Source of the DNA: Parcubacteria group bacterium
Lineage (GTDB): Bacteria > Patescibacteriota > Minisyncoccia > Phycocordibacterales > Phycocordibacteraceae
DNA: 64,000 nucleotides
Direction: 5' to 3'
Assembly: GCA_028286605.1 (NCBI GenBank)
Contig: JAQBRE010000002.1
Location: 60,219 to 124,218, forward strand
Within the stretch, counting starts at the first letter, position 1; each line of letters starts with the position of its first letter. The notes under the pieces are model-generated. The model was not told the DNA's origin. It did not search any database and saw nothing but the letters and a program-made list of their open reading frames with translations. Made by a program: the position numbers and the translations under genes. This document shows positions 46,043-54,911 of the stretch, piece by piece.

Positions 46043-47608
46043 TTATATGCTCGTGCTGCAGAGTCCTGAAAGCGTCGTGTAGAGCGAAGTAGTGCTGCCC
46101 ACGGCGGGATTACTTTGTATTTGAGCATCAATACTATCAGTGGTCTGTATATATCCGCCTGTTGTGGTGGCAATAAGGTTCTGGTATTGCGTGGATACCG
46201 CAGCAAGTACTGAAGGATCGGTGGAAGCTGCCGCTGCGTTTGCTGCGGTGCTTATAGTGGTGAGCGCACTGACGGCAGCGTTCCCGCGAGCAATATTCGT
46301 GTTTGACAACGTCAGCGCTGCCGCAACCTTTGGATCAGAGCTTATGCAGCTCCGTGCAATTGATTGGAGTTTCTGCCAATTGGCAAGATATGCTTGCGCC
46401 GTTCCAATATCGTTCGTCACGCTTTGTACGAACCCTGCAGCAAGACCCGGCTGTGCATACTGCGAAGGGTTTGTCGCTTGAGCAAGCGGTGATAGGCCAC
46501 CACCCGCAGAAGGTTGTGAAACACCAGAGAGACCAACGGCGCCCACCACCTGAGTTACGAGCTGGCTTGCAAGCGCGCCAACGATTTCATTTATGGAATT
46601 AGCGAGCTCAAGCTGACGAAGAGGAGATGTGGCCGTTATGCCGAGCGTGTTTTCAATAACCGTACCCGGTGTTCTGATGGAGTTGGAAGTGCAGTTATCT
46701 GCGCTGCTAAGGGACGTTAGGGAGGAGGTGTCGACATTGCTGAGTGAGCCGCCACTGTAATCAACGCTGCCATCAGCGTTAGTGGGAACACTGAGAGGAC
46801 CGTTAAGTGCTGATGGGTCTGTTATTTTTGTCGTTACGGGACCTATACCAGATGAAGTTTTTGATGCGGTGGACGTACAAGAACCACGCCATGACATGAA
46901 GCCCTTTCCCCAGTTCAATTCATTCAAACGATTCGTGGTTGCTGCATAGACCGTCGCATTAAGCGCTTGCTGTTGTGAGTAGGCTGCACCATAAGGATTG
47001 TTCTGATTGTTTCCAACCGCGGCGAACCATGCATTGAAGCCGCCATTCGATGCGAATTTGCCAGCCAGGAAGCCTGCAGGATTATTGCTGAATTGGTTAA
47101 GACTATACCCGCCAGTCACTGATCTTCCGGTGGAACTGTAATACTCGTTGCGCAAACCCTGCGAGACCACATCCTGGAATGGTGACTTCACTCCCCCGCT
47201 CGTATTATTAGCAATCGCATTAAAGAAGCTATTTGCAACCCCATCGCTCACACCCAGAAGATTCTGATTAATGTTCGTTACGAATGAAGGCGAGCCGTTG
47301 AAACCAGAATTAATCCAGGTAATCATACTCTTCGTAATAGCCTGAATAACAGCTTTTGCGACGGCCCACGCAATACCGTTCAATATTTTTGTTATGACTG
47401 TTTGCGCCGTGGTATTACCTGCAGTAATACCAGCAGGGACTGCTGTAGCGCTAATGGCAGCAAGGACAGCAACATCAGTAACCGGAAGCTGCGCATGTGC
47501 GTATTCAACAGAGTCTGGAAGTATAGGAGCAAAACTCAATGTACAAACAAGCATCAAACAGCTAGCCGCAATGCCGAGACGAACGGATGTTTTTCGGTAG
47601 AGGCTCAT
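46043..47608 (-). CDS. Secreted Ala/Ser/Thr/Gly/Asn-rich protein, T4SS-associated
   Basis: Signal peptide LGIAASCLMLVCTLSFAPILP. Shares the peptide VPTNADGSV(D/N)(Y/F)(S/T)G with the adjacent VirB6-like protein. Confidence 0.55.
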   Translation of the reverse strand: MSLYRKTSVRLGIAASCLMLVCTLSFAPILPDSVEYAHAQLPVTDVAVLAAISATAVPAGITAGNTTAQTVITKILNGIAWAVAKAVIQAITKSMITWINSGFNGSPSFVTNINQNLLGVSDGVANSFFNAIANNTSGGVKSPFQDVVSQGLRNEYYSSTGRSVTGGYSLNQFSNNPAGFLAGKFASNGGFNAWFAAVGNNQNNPYGAAYSQQQALNATVYAATTNRLNELNWGKGFMSWRGSCTSTASKTSSGIGPVTTKITDPSALNGPLSVPTNADGSVDYSGGSLSNVDTSSLTSLSSADNCTSNSIRTPGTVIENTLGITATSPLRQLELANSINEIVGALASQLVTQVVGAVGLSGVSQPSAGGGLSPLAQATNPSQYAQPGLAAGFVQSVTNDIGTAQAYLANWQKLQSIARSCISSDPKVAAALTLSNTNIARGNAAVSALTTISTAANAAAASTDPSVLAAVSTQYQNLIATTTGGYIQTTDSIDAQIQSNPAVGSTTSLYTTLSGLCSTSI

Positions 47609-48627
47609 TGTGTTTGAGAAGCGCGCGCGACGCTTACGATCAGTGCGCCAGGTGTGCCTGGTGCAGGCTCTCCACCACTAGCGATGATTGCCTGCGCGAG
47701 GCTTTGAAATGTTGTGACGATAGTCTGCGATGTTGGTACGTAGAGCGAGAGTGATCCGAGAACTGCAAGCGGATCTTTACTGTAATTATTCACGGCGTTT
47801 GTTGAGCGCGCGAGCGTATCGAACGATTGCACGAGCGCGAGGTGCTGTGCGGCAAGTGCGGGCGGAACGGGCACTTGGATAAGATCTTTCGTGATTTTTG
47901 TATACGAAGCACCAAGCACGACAAGCTGCGCTTGTGCTTTCGTATCATTGTTCTGAAGGAATCCCTGCATGAGCGGTACCGGTTCAGCACTGCCCGAAGT
48001 AACATCATCCGAACGGAACACTTGTTCTATTGCTGCGGCATATCCAAGGACGGTCGCTGTTGGTGACACATGTATAGAAATGGAGGTATAGGGAGAAATA
48101 AGAAGCGCGCTCGCTTTCTTGCTGTAGCTCGCAAGAAGCTGCGTTTCTAGTGCCTGTTGCTGGGTATCGGTAAGCGCGCTGCCGTCGCCACTGGCTGCCT
48201 CAAAATCCTGCATGAACTCCTGACCGAACTGATCGGTGAGGCTGCCTGGTGCTGGGTCGGGGCCAGGAACTTCCGAACCAGCGTCAGCAGGATTTATGGG
48301 TGTGTCTTGTACGGGAGTAGGAACAGATGCAGAAGTTTTCGGCGTAACGAGACCCTTGCTTACCGCTTCGCTGTCGGTGAGCGTTGCGCTAACAGAGTGC
48401 GCATTGTTGGGATCAGTACCGTAGAGCGCTTCTTGCCAGTCCGGCAAGCCGTCGTTATCAGAATCTTTCGCTGAGTATGCTTTGAGTAGCTCATCAGTAG
48501 ATTGCGCGTTCGCGATCTTGCTTGAGAAAAACGGGACGGGCCCTGAAGAAATGTAGGCGCAGCCAACGAGCACCACTGAAAGTGCAGAGGCTGCGATGAT
48601 ACGGACCGTTCGAGAAGAAAACGCCAT
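47605..48627 (-). CDS. Putative lipoprotein (lipobox LVGC), first gene of the T4SS-like operon
   Basis: Start moved to MAFSSRTVRIIAASALSVVLVGCAY (ATG 48625-48627). Contains an acidic DxDxDG-like DSDNDGLPDWQE motif. Confidence 0.5.
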   Translation of the reverse strand: MAFSSRTVRIIAASALSVVLVGCAYISSGPVPFFSSKIANAQSTDELLKAYSAKDSDNDGLPDWQEALYGTDPNNAHSVSATLTDSEAVSKGLVTPKTSASVPTPVQDTPINPADAGSEVPGPDPAPGSLTDQFGQEFMQDFEAASGDGSALTDTQQQALETQLLASYSKKASALLISPYTSISIHVSPTATVLGYAAAIEQVFRSDDVTSGSAEPVPLMQGFLQNNDTKAQAQLVVLGASYTKITKDLIQVPVPPALAAQHLALVQSFDTLARSTNAVNNYSKDPLAVLGSLSLYVPTSQTIVTTFQSLAQAIIASGGEPAPGTPGALIVSVARASQTQ

Positions 48628-48704
48628 AATTACTAAGCAAATAGTACCATGAGCGCTGCGTGAAGCAGCGCTCAACCATATATGGTGTGTATTACTTTCG
48701 TAGC

Positions 48705-49493
48705 TTATGCGAGAAACTCCGCGAGTCTTCGCCACGTGCCAAGTGAAACGTCTTCCGGACGGATGTCTTTATTCAGTGCAGCACTCTCGAAGGCACTCGC
48801 GATACGTTCTGCAGGCGCGACGACCTCAAGATTCTTCGCCAATCGCTTTCGTTTATGGGCAAAGCCCGCACGAAGTATGGAAAAGAAGGCTTCTTCCTGG
48901 CCAGGCTTGGAAAACATGGCCGGATCGATGTCTCGGATGGCGAGAACAGCGGAATCGACGTTGGGCGCGGGGCGGAACGCCCCGCGCGGTACGGTAAAGC
49001 AGTATTCAGGCCGTCCGAAGACCTTCACGGCCAGCGAAAGCAGGCTTTCCTTCTTGCTACGGGCGATACGCTCAGCCACCTCCTTCTGAACGAGAAGTGT
49101 CATAGAGGCTGGCTTATGTGTTGCGGTAAGGAACGCGCGGATAATCTCACCGGTGATGTAGTACGGAATGTTCGCAATCAGGTGGTACTCCCCTTTTATG
49201 GTCGAAGGATCGAATTCACGAACGTCGCCATGAATGAGTTTGAGCGATCCGTTCGCGATTTCTGTGGCGAACGTCTCTTCGAGCTGCGGCGCAAGCGTGT
49301 CGTCTGCTTCTATGGCAATGACGTTTTTTACATGCGTACTCGCGAGCAGTGCGCGCGTAAGCATACCGGTACCGGGACCGATCTCGAATACGGTTGCGCC
49401 TTCGGGCAGCTTCGCTACGTCTACGATACGCTCCGCTATTTGCGGATGCATCAGGAAGTTCTGACCGAGGGATTTCTTCGCGATGAATGCCAT
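48705..49493 (-). CDS. rsmA: 16S rRNA (adenine1518/1519-N6)-dimethyltransferase RsmA/KsgA
   Basis: Start moved to MAFIAKKSLGQNFLM (ATG 49491-49493), followed by ...VFEIGPGTGMLT... SAM-binding motif. Confidence 0.85.
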   Translation of the reverse strand: MAFIAKKSLGQNFLMHPQIAERIVDVAKLPEGATVFEIGPGTGMLTRALLASTHVKNVIAIEADDTLAPQLEETFATEIANGSLKLIHGDVREFDPSTIKGEYHLIANIPYYITGEIIRAFLTATHKPASMTLLVQKEVAERIARSKKESLLSLAVKVFGRPEYCFTVPRGAFRPAPNVDSAVLAIRDIDPAMFSKPGQEEAFFSILRAGFAHKRKRLAKNLEVVAPAERIASAFESAALNKDIRPEDVSLGTWRRLAEFLA

Positions 49494-49500
49494 GACTCTA

Positions 49501-51528
49501 TTATGCCTCGATAATCTCTTCCGGACCGAACGCACCAGCATCGACGAAATGCGTGAGCCCTGGATCAATGTCTCGAATGAATTGCGAAGGCTCGGACATG
49601 AAATCAGTTCCGTAGATGCGGCGAATGTGCGCGAGCGTAAGGAACAATCGTTTCTTCGCGCGTGTTATCGCGACGTAGAACAAACGGCGCTCCTCTTCTT
49701 CATCACGCTCCTCGTCATTCCCCATGCCTTCGTGCGGGAAGAGTCCTTCTTCTAGGCCGGTAACGAACACCGCATCGAACTCCAACCCTTTCGCTGCGTG
49801 CACGGTCATCAACGTAACGCCTGGCTTCTTTTCTTTACGATCACTCCCTTCAATTCCTTGGGGCCGATCCATTTCATCCTGATCGCCAGCAAGCGCGGCG
49901 TCTGCAAGGAATGCAGCAATGCCTTCCATACCCGGCAATTCATCGTGACGGCTCGCAAGCGTCGCAAGCTCTTTCACGTTCTCTAATCGCTCCTGCCCAT
50001 CTTCTCCTTCTTTAAGCAGTGCAGATTCCATGCCGCTTTTTTCAATGACGAGTTTTACGAATGCAGATGGCAGCGATGTTTCTGCAAGCGAACGCAAACC
50101 CTGCACGACGGCCTCAAAGCTATCTACTTTAGCTTTATCAGCGGCACGTAATTCATCACGCTTCCCCGCCACGAGCTTGCCGAGCGTAACTTTTCCGATA
50201 CCGCGCGGCGGAGATTGCACAGCGCGCATGCGGTCCGCTTCCCTATCCGGTTCAAGCGCCAAGCGTATCCATGCAAGAACATCCTTCACTTCTTTTCGAT
50301 CGAAGAATCGCGTGCCAAGAAGCTTGTATGGAATGTTGCACGCAAGGAACGCTTCTTCGAGTCCGCGGCTTTGGAAGTTCGTACGAAACAGTACGGCAAT
50401 TTCTTCTGGCTTCGTACCGCGTTCAATCAGTCGGCGGCATTCGCGCGCAATCCATAACCCTTCTGCCTCTGCATTCATTGCAGGATGGATCGTGATGCGC
50501 TCACCGTCTGCATTATTCGTGACGGCATGCTTCTCTTTACGATTCTTGTTGTGCTCGATGATCTGATTCGCTGCCTCGACGATCGTCTTCGTGGAACGAT
50601 AATTATGTTCGAGCACGATGTGCTGCGCACCTTCGTATGTCTCTTCGAACTTCAGCAGGTTATCGATCGTCGCACCGCGCCAGGTATAAATAGATTGATC
50701 GATGTCCCCCACTACGAAGATGTTGCGACGATCGCCCGCGATGTACTGTGCAAGCTTTCCCTGCAGCTCATTCGTATCCTGATACTCATCGATGTGCAGA
50801 TAGTGGAATCGTTCCTGTACTTTCGCACGAATATCTTGGTGATCCCGCAGCAGGTGCATTGGCAATACGATGAGGTCGTCGAAGTCGAGAGATTTCTCTT
50901 TCTTGAGGGTCTCTTCATAGCGTGTCCATGCATCTGCGGTTATGCGCGAACGGAAACTTTCGCGCCCGTGCTTCTCACGGAACTGTGCAAGCGTCTGCCC
51001 TTCTCCCTTCGCTTTGGAAATACGCGAAAGGATTGCATTAGGCGGTACTTCTTTCGGGTCTACATCCATCGCTTTCAATGCTTCGCGTATCGCGCTTTTG
51101 GAATCGTCGCGATCGAAGATGCTGAAATAGCGCGGCACACCTATAACACTGCCGTAGGTCTGGAGTAATTCGCGGCCAAGGCCGTGGAACGTTGCGACGA
51201 ATGGCAGCGGACTGTCCGGAAGACGCTGCATAAGGCGTTCGCGCATCTCACGGGCTGCCTTGTTGGTGAAGGTGACGGCAAGAATCTTATCGGCAGGCAC
51301 GCCCTGGCGTATAAGGTGGTAGATACGGGTCGTAAGGACAGCCGTCTTGCCGGACCCGGCGCCCGCGAGCACGGAAACCGGGCCGGTTGTGGTGAGTACT
51401 GCTTCTTTCTGGCGAGGGTTCAGGTGTGAAACGTACTCGGGCTGCAAATGATCCATCTGCTCACTATAGCAAAGTGCTTCTCCCCAGGTAAAATCAGGCA
51501 TATTTTTTGACTTTTTGTCAGAATTCAT
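49501..51528 (-). CDS. pcrA: ATP-dependent DNA helicase, UvrD/PcrA family
   Basis: ...LAGAGSGKTAVL... (motif I), ...LHIDEYQDTN... (motif II), full SF1 helicase length of 675 aa. Confidence 0.9.
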   Translation of the reverse strand: MNSDKKSKNMPDFTWGEALCYSEQMDHLQPEYVSHLNPRQKEAVLTTTGPVSVLAGAGSGKTAVLTTRIYHLIRQGVPADKILAVTFTNKAAREMRERLMQRLPDSPLPFVATFHGLGRELLQTYGSVIGVPRYFSIFDRDDSKSAIREALKAMDVDPKEVPPNAILSRISKAKGEGQTLAQFREKHGRESFRSRITADAWTRYEETLKKEKSLDFDDLIVLPMHLLRDHQDIRAKVQERFHYLHIDEYQDTNELQGKLAQYIAGDRRNIFVVGDIDQSIYTWRGATIDNLLKFEETYEGAQHIVLEHNYRSTKTIVEAANQIIEHNKNRKEKHAVTNNADGERITIHPAMNAEAEGLWIARECRRLIERGTKPEEIAVLFRTNFQSRGLEEAFLACNIPYKLLGTRFFDRKEVKDVLAWIRLALEPDREADRMRAVQSPPRGIGKVTLGKLVAGKRDELRAADKAKVDSFEAVVQGLRSLAETSLPSAFVKLVIEKSGMESALLKEGEDGQERLENVKELATLASRHDELPGMEGIAAFLADAALAGDQDEMDRPQGIEGSDRKEKKPGVTLMTVHAAKGLEFDAVFVTGLEEGLFPHEGMGNDEERDEEEERRLFYVAITRAKKRLFLTLAHIRRIYGTDFMSEPSQFIRDIDPGLTHFVDAGAFGPEEIIEA

Positions 51529-51566
51529 GTCTTGTTCACCTTACACACAGGTACCTTGTCAACCCG

Positions 51567-51594
51567 TTGACCGCCCCTAGGGGGCGGGTATACT
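51567..51594 (+). promoter_or_regulatory. Sigma70-like promoter TTGACC-16 nt-TATACT with a GC palindrome in the spacer
   Basis: TTGACC (51567-72), spacer GCCCCTAGGGGGCGGG containing CCGCCCCTAGGGGGCGG, then TATACT (51589-94). Oriented toward the LysM/M23 gene. Confidence 0.4.
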
Positions 51595-51870
51595 TACGAG
51601 GTTGTTAGATACTGTTGTACTCAAGAAGTGGCCTAGGTAAGCCATTTTTGTATTCTGAAGATTGACTGAAGATCCCTCCGCCCACGTATTTCTTTTCACT
51701 CTGATTCTTCCGATAAGGCGCCACGGGGCACGAACCGGAACCCATATAGTGCATTCCTTGCAGTAATCGCTCTGATAGCTCTTGGAACCGGCGCATATCT
51801 CTTTTTTCCGCAGGCAGCGAATGCCTTCTGGCCTTTCGCTAAGGCTAGTGCGAGCGAGCCCTCCCTGCCA

Positions 51871-52899
51871 TTGCTGCATGATCCGAGCCTGGATCTTCTT
51901 CAGGCAGCCATAAATTCAGACCCGAACCCTTCGCAGGGTCTCGTAGACCTTGCTCTCTCTGATAATTCTGCCCTTATGGCTGAAACAGGCCCCGATGGAA
52001 GCATTCCAGACACCACGACTGGATCTGATGATCCTTCTGCAGCTAATTCTGGCGGTAGCATTTCCGTATATGTAGTTAAAGATGGCGATTCTCTCTCTGA
52101 AATCGCTGCAAAGTATGGCGTAACGATGAATACCATCCTTTGGGCAAACGATATAAAGGATCCGAAGACCATTCATGCAGGCACATCACTCATTATCTTG
52201 CCAGTATCGGGTATCGAGCACACGGTAACGAATGGTGAAACGTTGAACGGTATTGCAACTAAGTACGGCGCGAATGCTGATGACATAGCATCGTTTAATG
52301 GTCTTGATAGCAACGCTACCGTTACTTCAGGTCAGAAGCTGATTATTCCTGGCGGCGAGCTTTCCGCAGGCGTAACTCCTACGAAATCGACTTCTACCAC
52401 CAAATCCTCCACGTCTTCAACCAAGACGACCACGAAGAGTTCCTCTTCAATAAAGACCGGCGGAAGTCTTGCGGACGTGCAGGCTAATCCGTATCGCGGC
52501 GGCAGCGGTGCTCCGCTTAATGGATATTTCGGTAATCCCGTGCCAGGCGCGATCGTAACGCAGGGTATACACGGCTGGAATGGCATAGACCTTGGTGCTC
52601 CTTCAGGCACGCCGATTTACGCAGCAGCAGCAGGAAGCGTTATCGTATCGAAAGTAGGCGGATATAACGGCGGCTATGGTAGCTATGTGGTTATCGACCA
52701 CGGAAATGGCACGCAGACGCTCTACGCGCACTTCTCCAGCATCATCGTTTCTGTGGGCCAAAGCGTTACGAAGGGAGAAAAGCTCGGCGGCGTGGGAATG
52801 ACGGGTGACGCAACTGGTAATCACCTGCACTTCGAGGTTCGTGGCGCCCGCAACCCATTCGCAGACTGTACCTTGATGAAGGCGTGTTCTCCTGAGTAA
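51871..52899 (+). CDS. LysM-domain plus M23-family metallopeptidase (cell-wall hydrolase); start uncertain
   Basis: Two LysM-like segments (...YVVKDGDSLSEIAAKYGVTMNTILWAN... and ...HTVTNGETLNGIATKYGANADDIASFN...), then the M23 region ...GIDLGAPSGTPIYAAAAGSV...HLHFEV... The annotated start is a TTG. An in-frame hydrophobic anchor lies upstream without a canonical start codon. Confidence 0.8.
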   Translation: MLHDPSLDLLQAAINSDPNPSQGLVDLALSDNSALMAETGPDGSIPDTTTGSDDPSAANSGGSISVYVVKDGDSLSEIAAKYGVTMNTILWANDIKDPKTIHAGTSLIILPVSGIEHTVTNGETLNGIATKYGANADDIASFNGLDSNATVTSGQKLIIPGGELSAGVTPTKSTSTTKSSTSSTKTTTKSSSSIKTGGSLADVQANPYRGGSGAPLNGYFGNPVPGAIVTQGIHGWNGIDLGAPSGTPIYAAAAGSVIVSKVGGYNGGYGSYVVIDHGNGTQTLYAHFSSIIVSVGQSVTKGEKLGGVGMTGDATGNHLHFEVRGARNPFADCTLMKACSPE

Positions 52900-52900
52900 C

Positions 52901-54448
52901 CTACTCGAAACCGAAGAGGCCACGCGGCCGATACTGAAGGGCTTCGCTTATATGCGAAGCCTCTACCGTGTCTGAACTGGCGAGATCTGCGATCGTTCGC
53001 GCAACACGCATCACGCGGTGATATGAGCGTGCAGAGAATCCAAGTTTTCCGCTTGCCGCTATAAGCACTTCCCTGCTCTTTTGCGAGAATGCACCTGATT
53101 GTTCTAATTCACGTGCAGAGACCAGTGCATTTACTTTACTGTCGAAGCGAAGTGCAGAGCGGGTTCGTGCTGCACGAACCCGCTCCCGTACTATCTCCGA
53201 CGACTCTCCCGTCAAGAATGAAGCAAGGTCTTCCACTGCAATACGCGGAACCTCAATCCACATATCAAGACGGTCTGCGATAGGGCGTGAAATCTTTCTT
53301 GCCTGCTTGAGTGCTGCTTGCACAATTACCGCCGCATCTCCGGCAAGCGTTTCTGCAGGATTCATCGCTACAACGACCATGCAGTCTGCAGGAAACGTTA
53401 CGCTTCCCTTCGTACGCGCGATGGCAACGATCCTATCTTCAAGCGGCTGACGCAATGCTTCAAGCGTGCGCGTATCGAATTCAGGAAACTCATCCAGAAA
53501 GAGTACGCCTTTGTGCGCGAGCGTTACTTCCCCGGGTTTCGGGTACGCACCGCCACCGATGACGGCCGTGTGTGAAACGCTATGATGCGGTGCACGGAAC
53601 GGCGGCCAATAGACCGCTTCTTCTTTTAAGATGCCGGCCGCTGAATGTATCGATGTAACCTCAAGTGCTTCCTCGTCAGTGAGGGACGGAAGAATGCCAG
53701 GGAGTGCGCGGGCGAGCATCGTCTTGCCTGTTCCTGGCGGCCCGTACAGCACAAGATTATGACGGCCCGCCGCTGCTATCTCGAGCGCACGCTTCGCACT
53801 CTCCTGTCCTTTTATGTTCGCAAGATCAATTGCGATCAGCGGAGGCGCAAGCAATGAACGTTCTATTCGTTGGTACGGTTTCAACAACGCATCGCCATTC
53901 AAATGATCAACGATTGCACGCAACGAAGGCACGGCATACACGCAGACGTCATGCGCAAGCGCAGCCTCTGCCGCATTTCCAGGTGGAACGAATACGGTAT
54001 AGATGTCCTGTGCGCGTGCTGCGAGTACCTGCGGCAGAATGCCGGAAACGCTTCGCACTTTCCCATCAAGTGCCAGTTCACCAGCGAATATGCACGGTTC
54101 CTCTGGAAGCGTAATTTCACCTGCCGCAGCTAAATAACAAAGCGCGAGTGGTACGTCATAATGCGCACCTTCTTTCTTAAGGCTTGCCGGCGAAAGCGAA
54201 AGAATTATCCGACGGTTCGTCGCTTTCGGTGATTTGAATCCGCTGTGACGTATGGCTGCGGCAATGCGGTCACGCGCTTCCTCAACTGCTTTGTCCGCCA
54301 GCCCAACTATTGAGAACGCATGCAATCCGCGCGACAGATCTGCTTCGATAGTTATAAGTTCTGCACCGGCACCGGTCGGCTGTGCGGCAAAAAGCGTTGC
54401 GTACCCTGCTTTTGGTTGTTCCATATAGCTAAGGGTATAGAAAAACAC
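52901..54448 (-). CDS. comM: YifB/ComM-family Mg-chelatase-like AAA+ ATPase (competence protein ComM homolog)
   Basis: ...[25 protein letters not shown]... plus ...[10 protein letters not shown]... and a C-terminal Mg-chelatase subunit-like domain. Confidence 0.85.
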   Translation of the reverse strand: MFFYTLSYMEQPKAGYATLFAAQPTGAGAELITIEADLSRGLHAFSIVGLADKAVEEARDRIAAAIRHSGFKSPKATNRRIILSLSPASLKKEGAHYDVPLALCYLAAAGEITLPEEPCIFAGELALDGKVRSVSGILPQVLAARAQDIYTVFVPPGNAAEAALAHDVCVYAVPSLRAIVDHLNGDALLKPYQRIERSLLAPPLIAIDLANIKGQESAKRALEIAAAGRHNLVLYGPPGTGKTMLARALPGILPSLTDEEALEVTSIHSAAGILKEEAVYWPPFRAPHHSVSHTAVIGGGAYPKPGEVTLAHKGVLFLDEFPEFDTRTLEALRQPLEDRIVAIARTKGSVTFPADCMVVVAMNPAETLAGDAAVIVQAALKQARKISRPIADRLDMWIEVPRIAVEDLASFLTGESSEIVRERVRAARTRSALRFDSKVNALVSARELEQSGAFSQKSREVLIAASGKLGFSARSYHRVMRVARTIADLASSDTVEASHISEALQYRPRGLFGFE

Positions 54449-54502
54449 TCGCGAACCGGTAGGTTCGCGAGTGGAAAAGCCTGTATCGGCTTTATAAAAA
54501 CT

Positions 54503-54868
54503 TTATGTGCTTAGGTGAGCCTTGCAGGTGCGTGCTGCAGGGTCTGCATTCAAGCGCTCTTCTTCTATGTCTTCGCCTGAAACTTCGCAGACGCCGTAGG
54601 TGCCGGCATCGATGCGTGCGAGCGCAGCGAGCACGTCATTGTAGCGAATCTCTAAATCCTTCAGGATAGCCGTGTTGTCTTCGAAATGCGTGATAAGGTC
54701 TGCGCGATCGTTAGGATCAGCTTCCTGTCCTACTTCCTGCGGAACCGCTTCCCAATCATTAGGATTGGTAGGGTTACGGCGGCCGACGCTCTGCAATTCG
54801 TTTTCTAATGTCGCTTTCTCTTCATCAAGACGGGCACGATACGTAGTGGTTTCAATCATTGTCGACAT
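54503..54868 (-). CDS. DksA/TraR-family regulator with a degenerate (2-Cys) zinc-finger region
   Basis: Coiled-coil N-terminus and C-terminal ...GTYGVCEVSGEDIEEERLNADPAARTCKAH. Only two Cys are present where canonical DksA has four. Confidence 0.65.
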   Translation of the reverse strand: MSTMIETTTYRARLDEEKATLENELQSVGRRNPTNPNDWEAVPQEVGQEADPNDRADLITHFEDNTAILKDLEIRYNDVLAALARIDAGTYGVCEVSGEDIEEERLNADPAARTCKAHLST

Positions 54869-54911
54869 TCTAGCACAAGCAGATTCTTGGTGCAGCGAGC
54901 TCCCTTCTCAC

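Noticed and set aside
51577-51879. 100-aa minus-strand ORF upstream of the LysM/M23 gene
   Set aside because: It lies over the promoter and probable 5' coding extension of the peptidase gene and has no supporting features.
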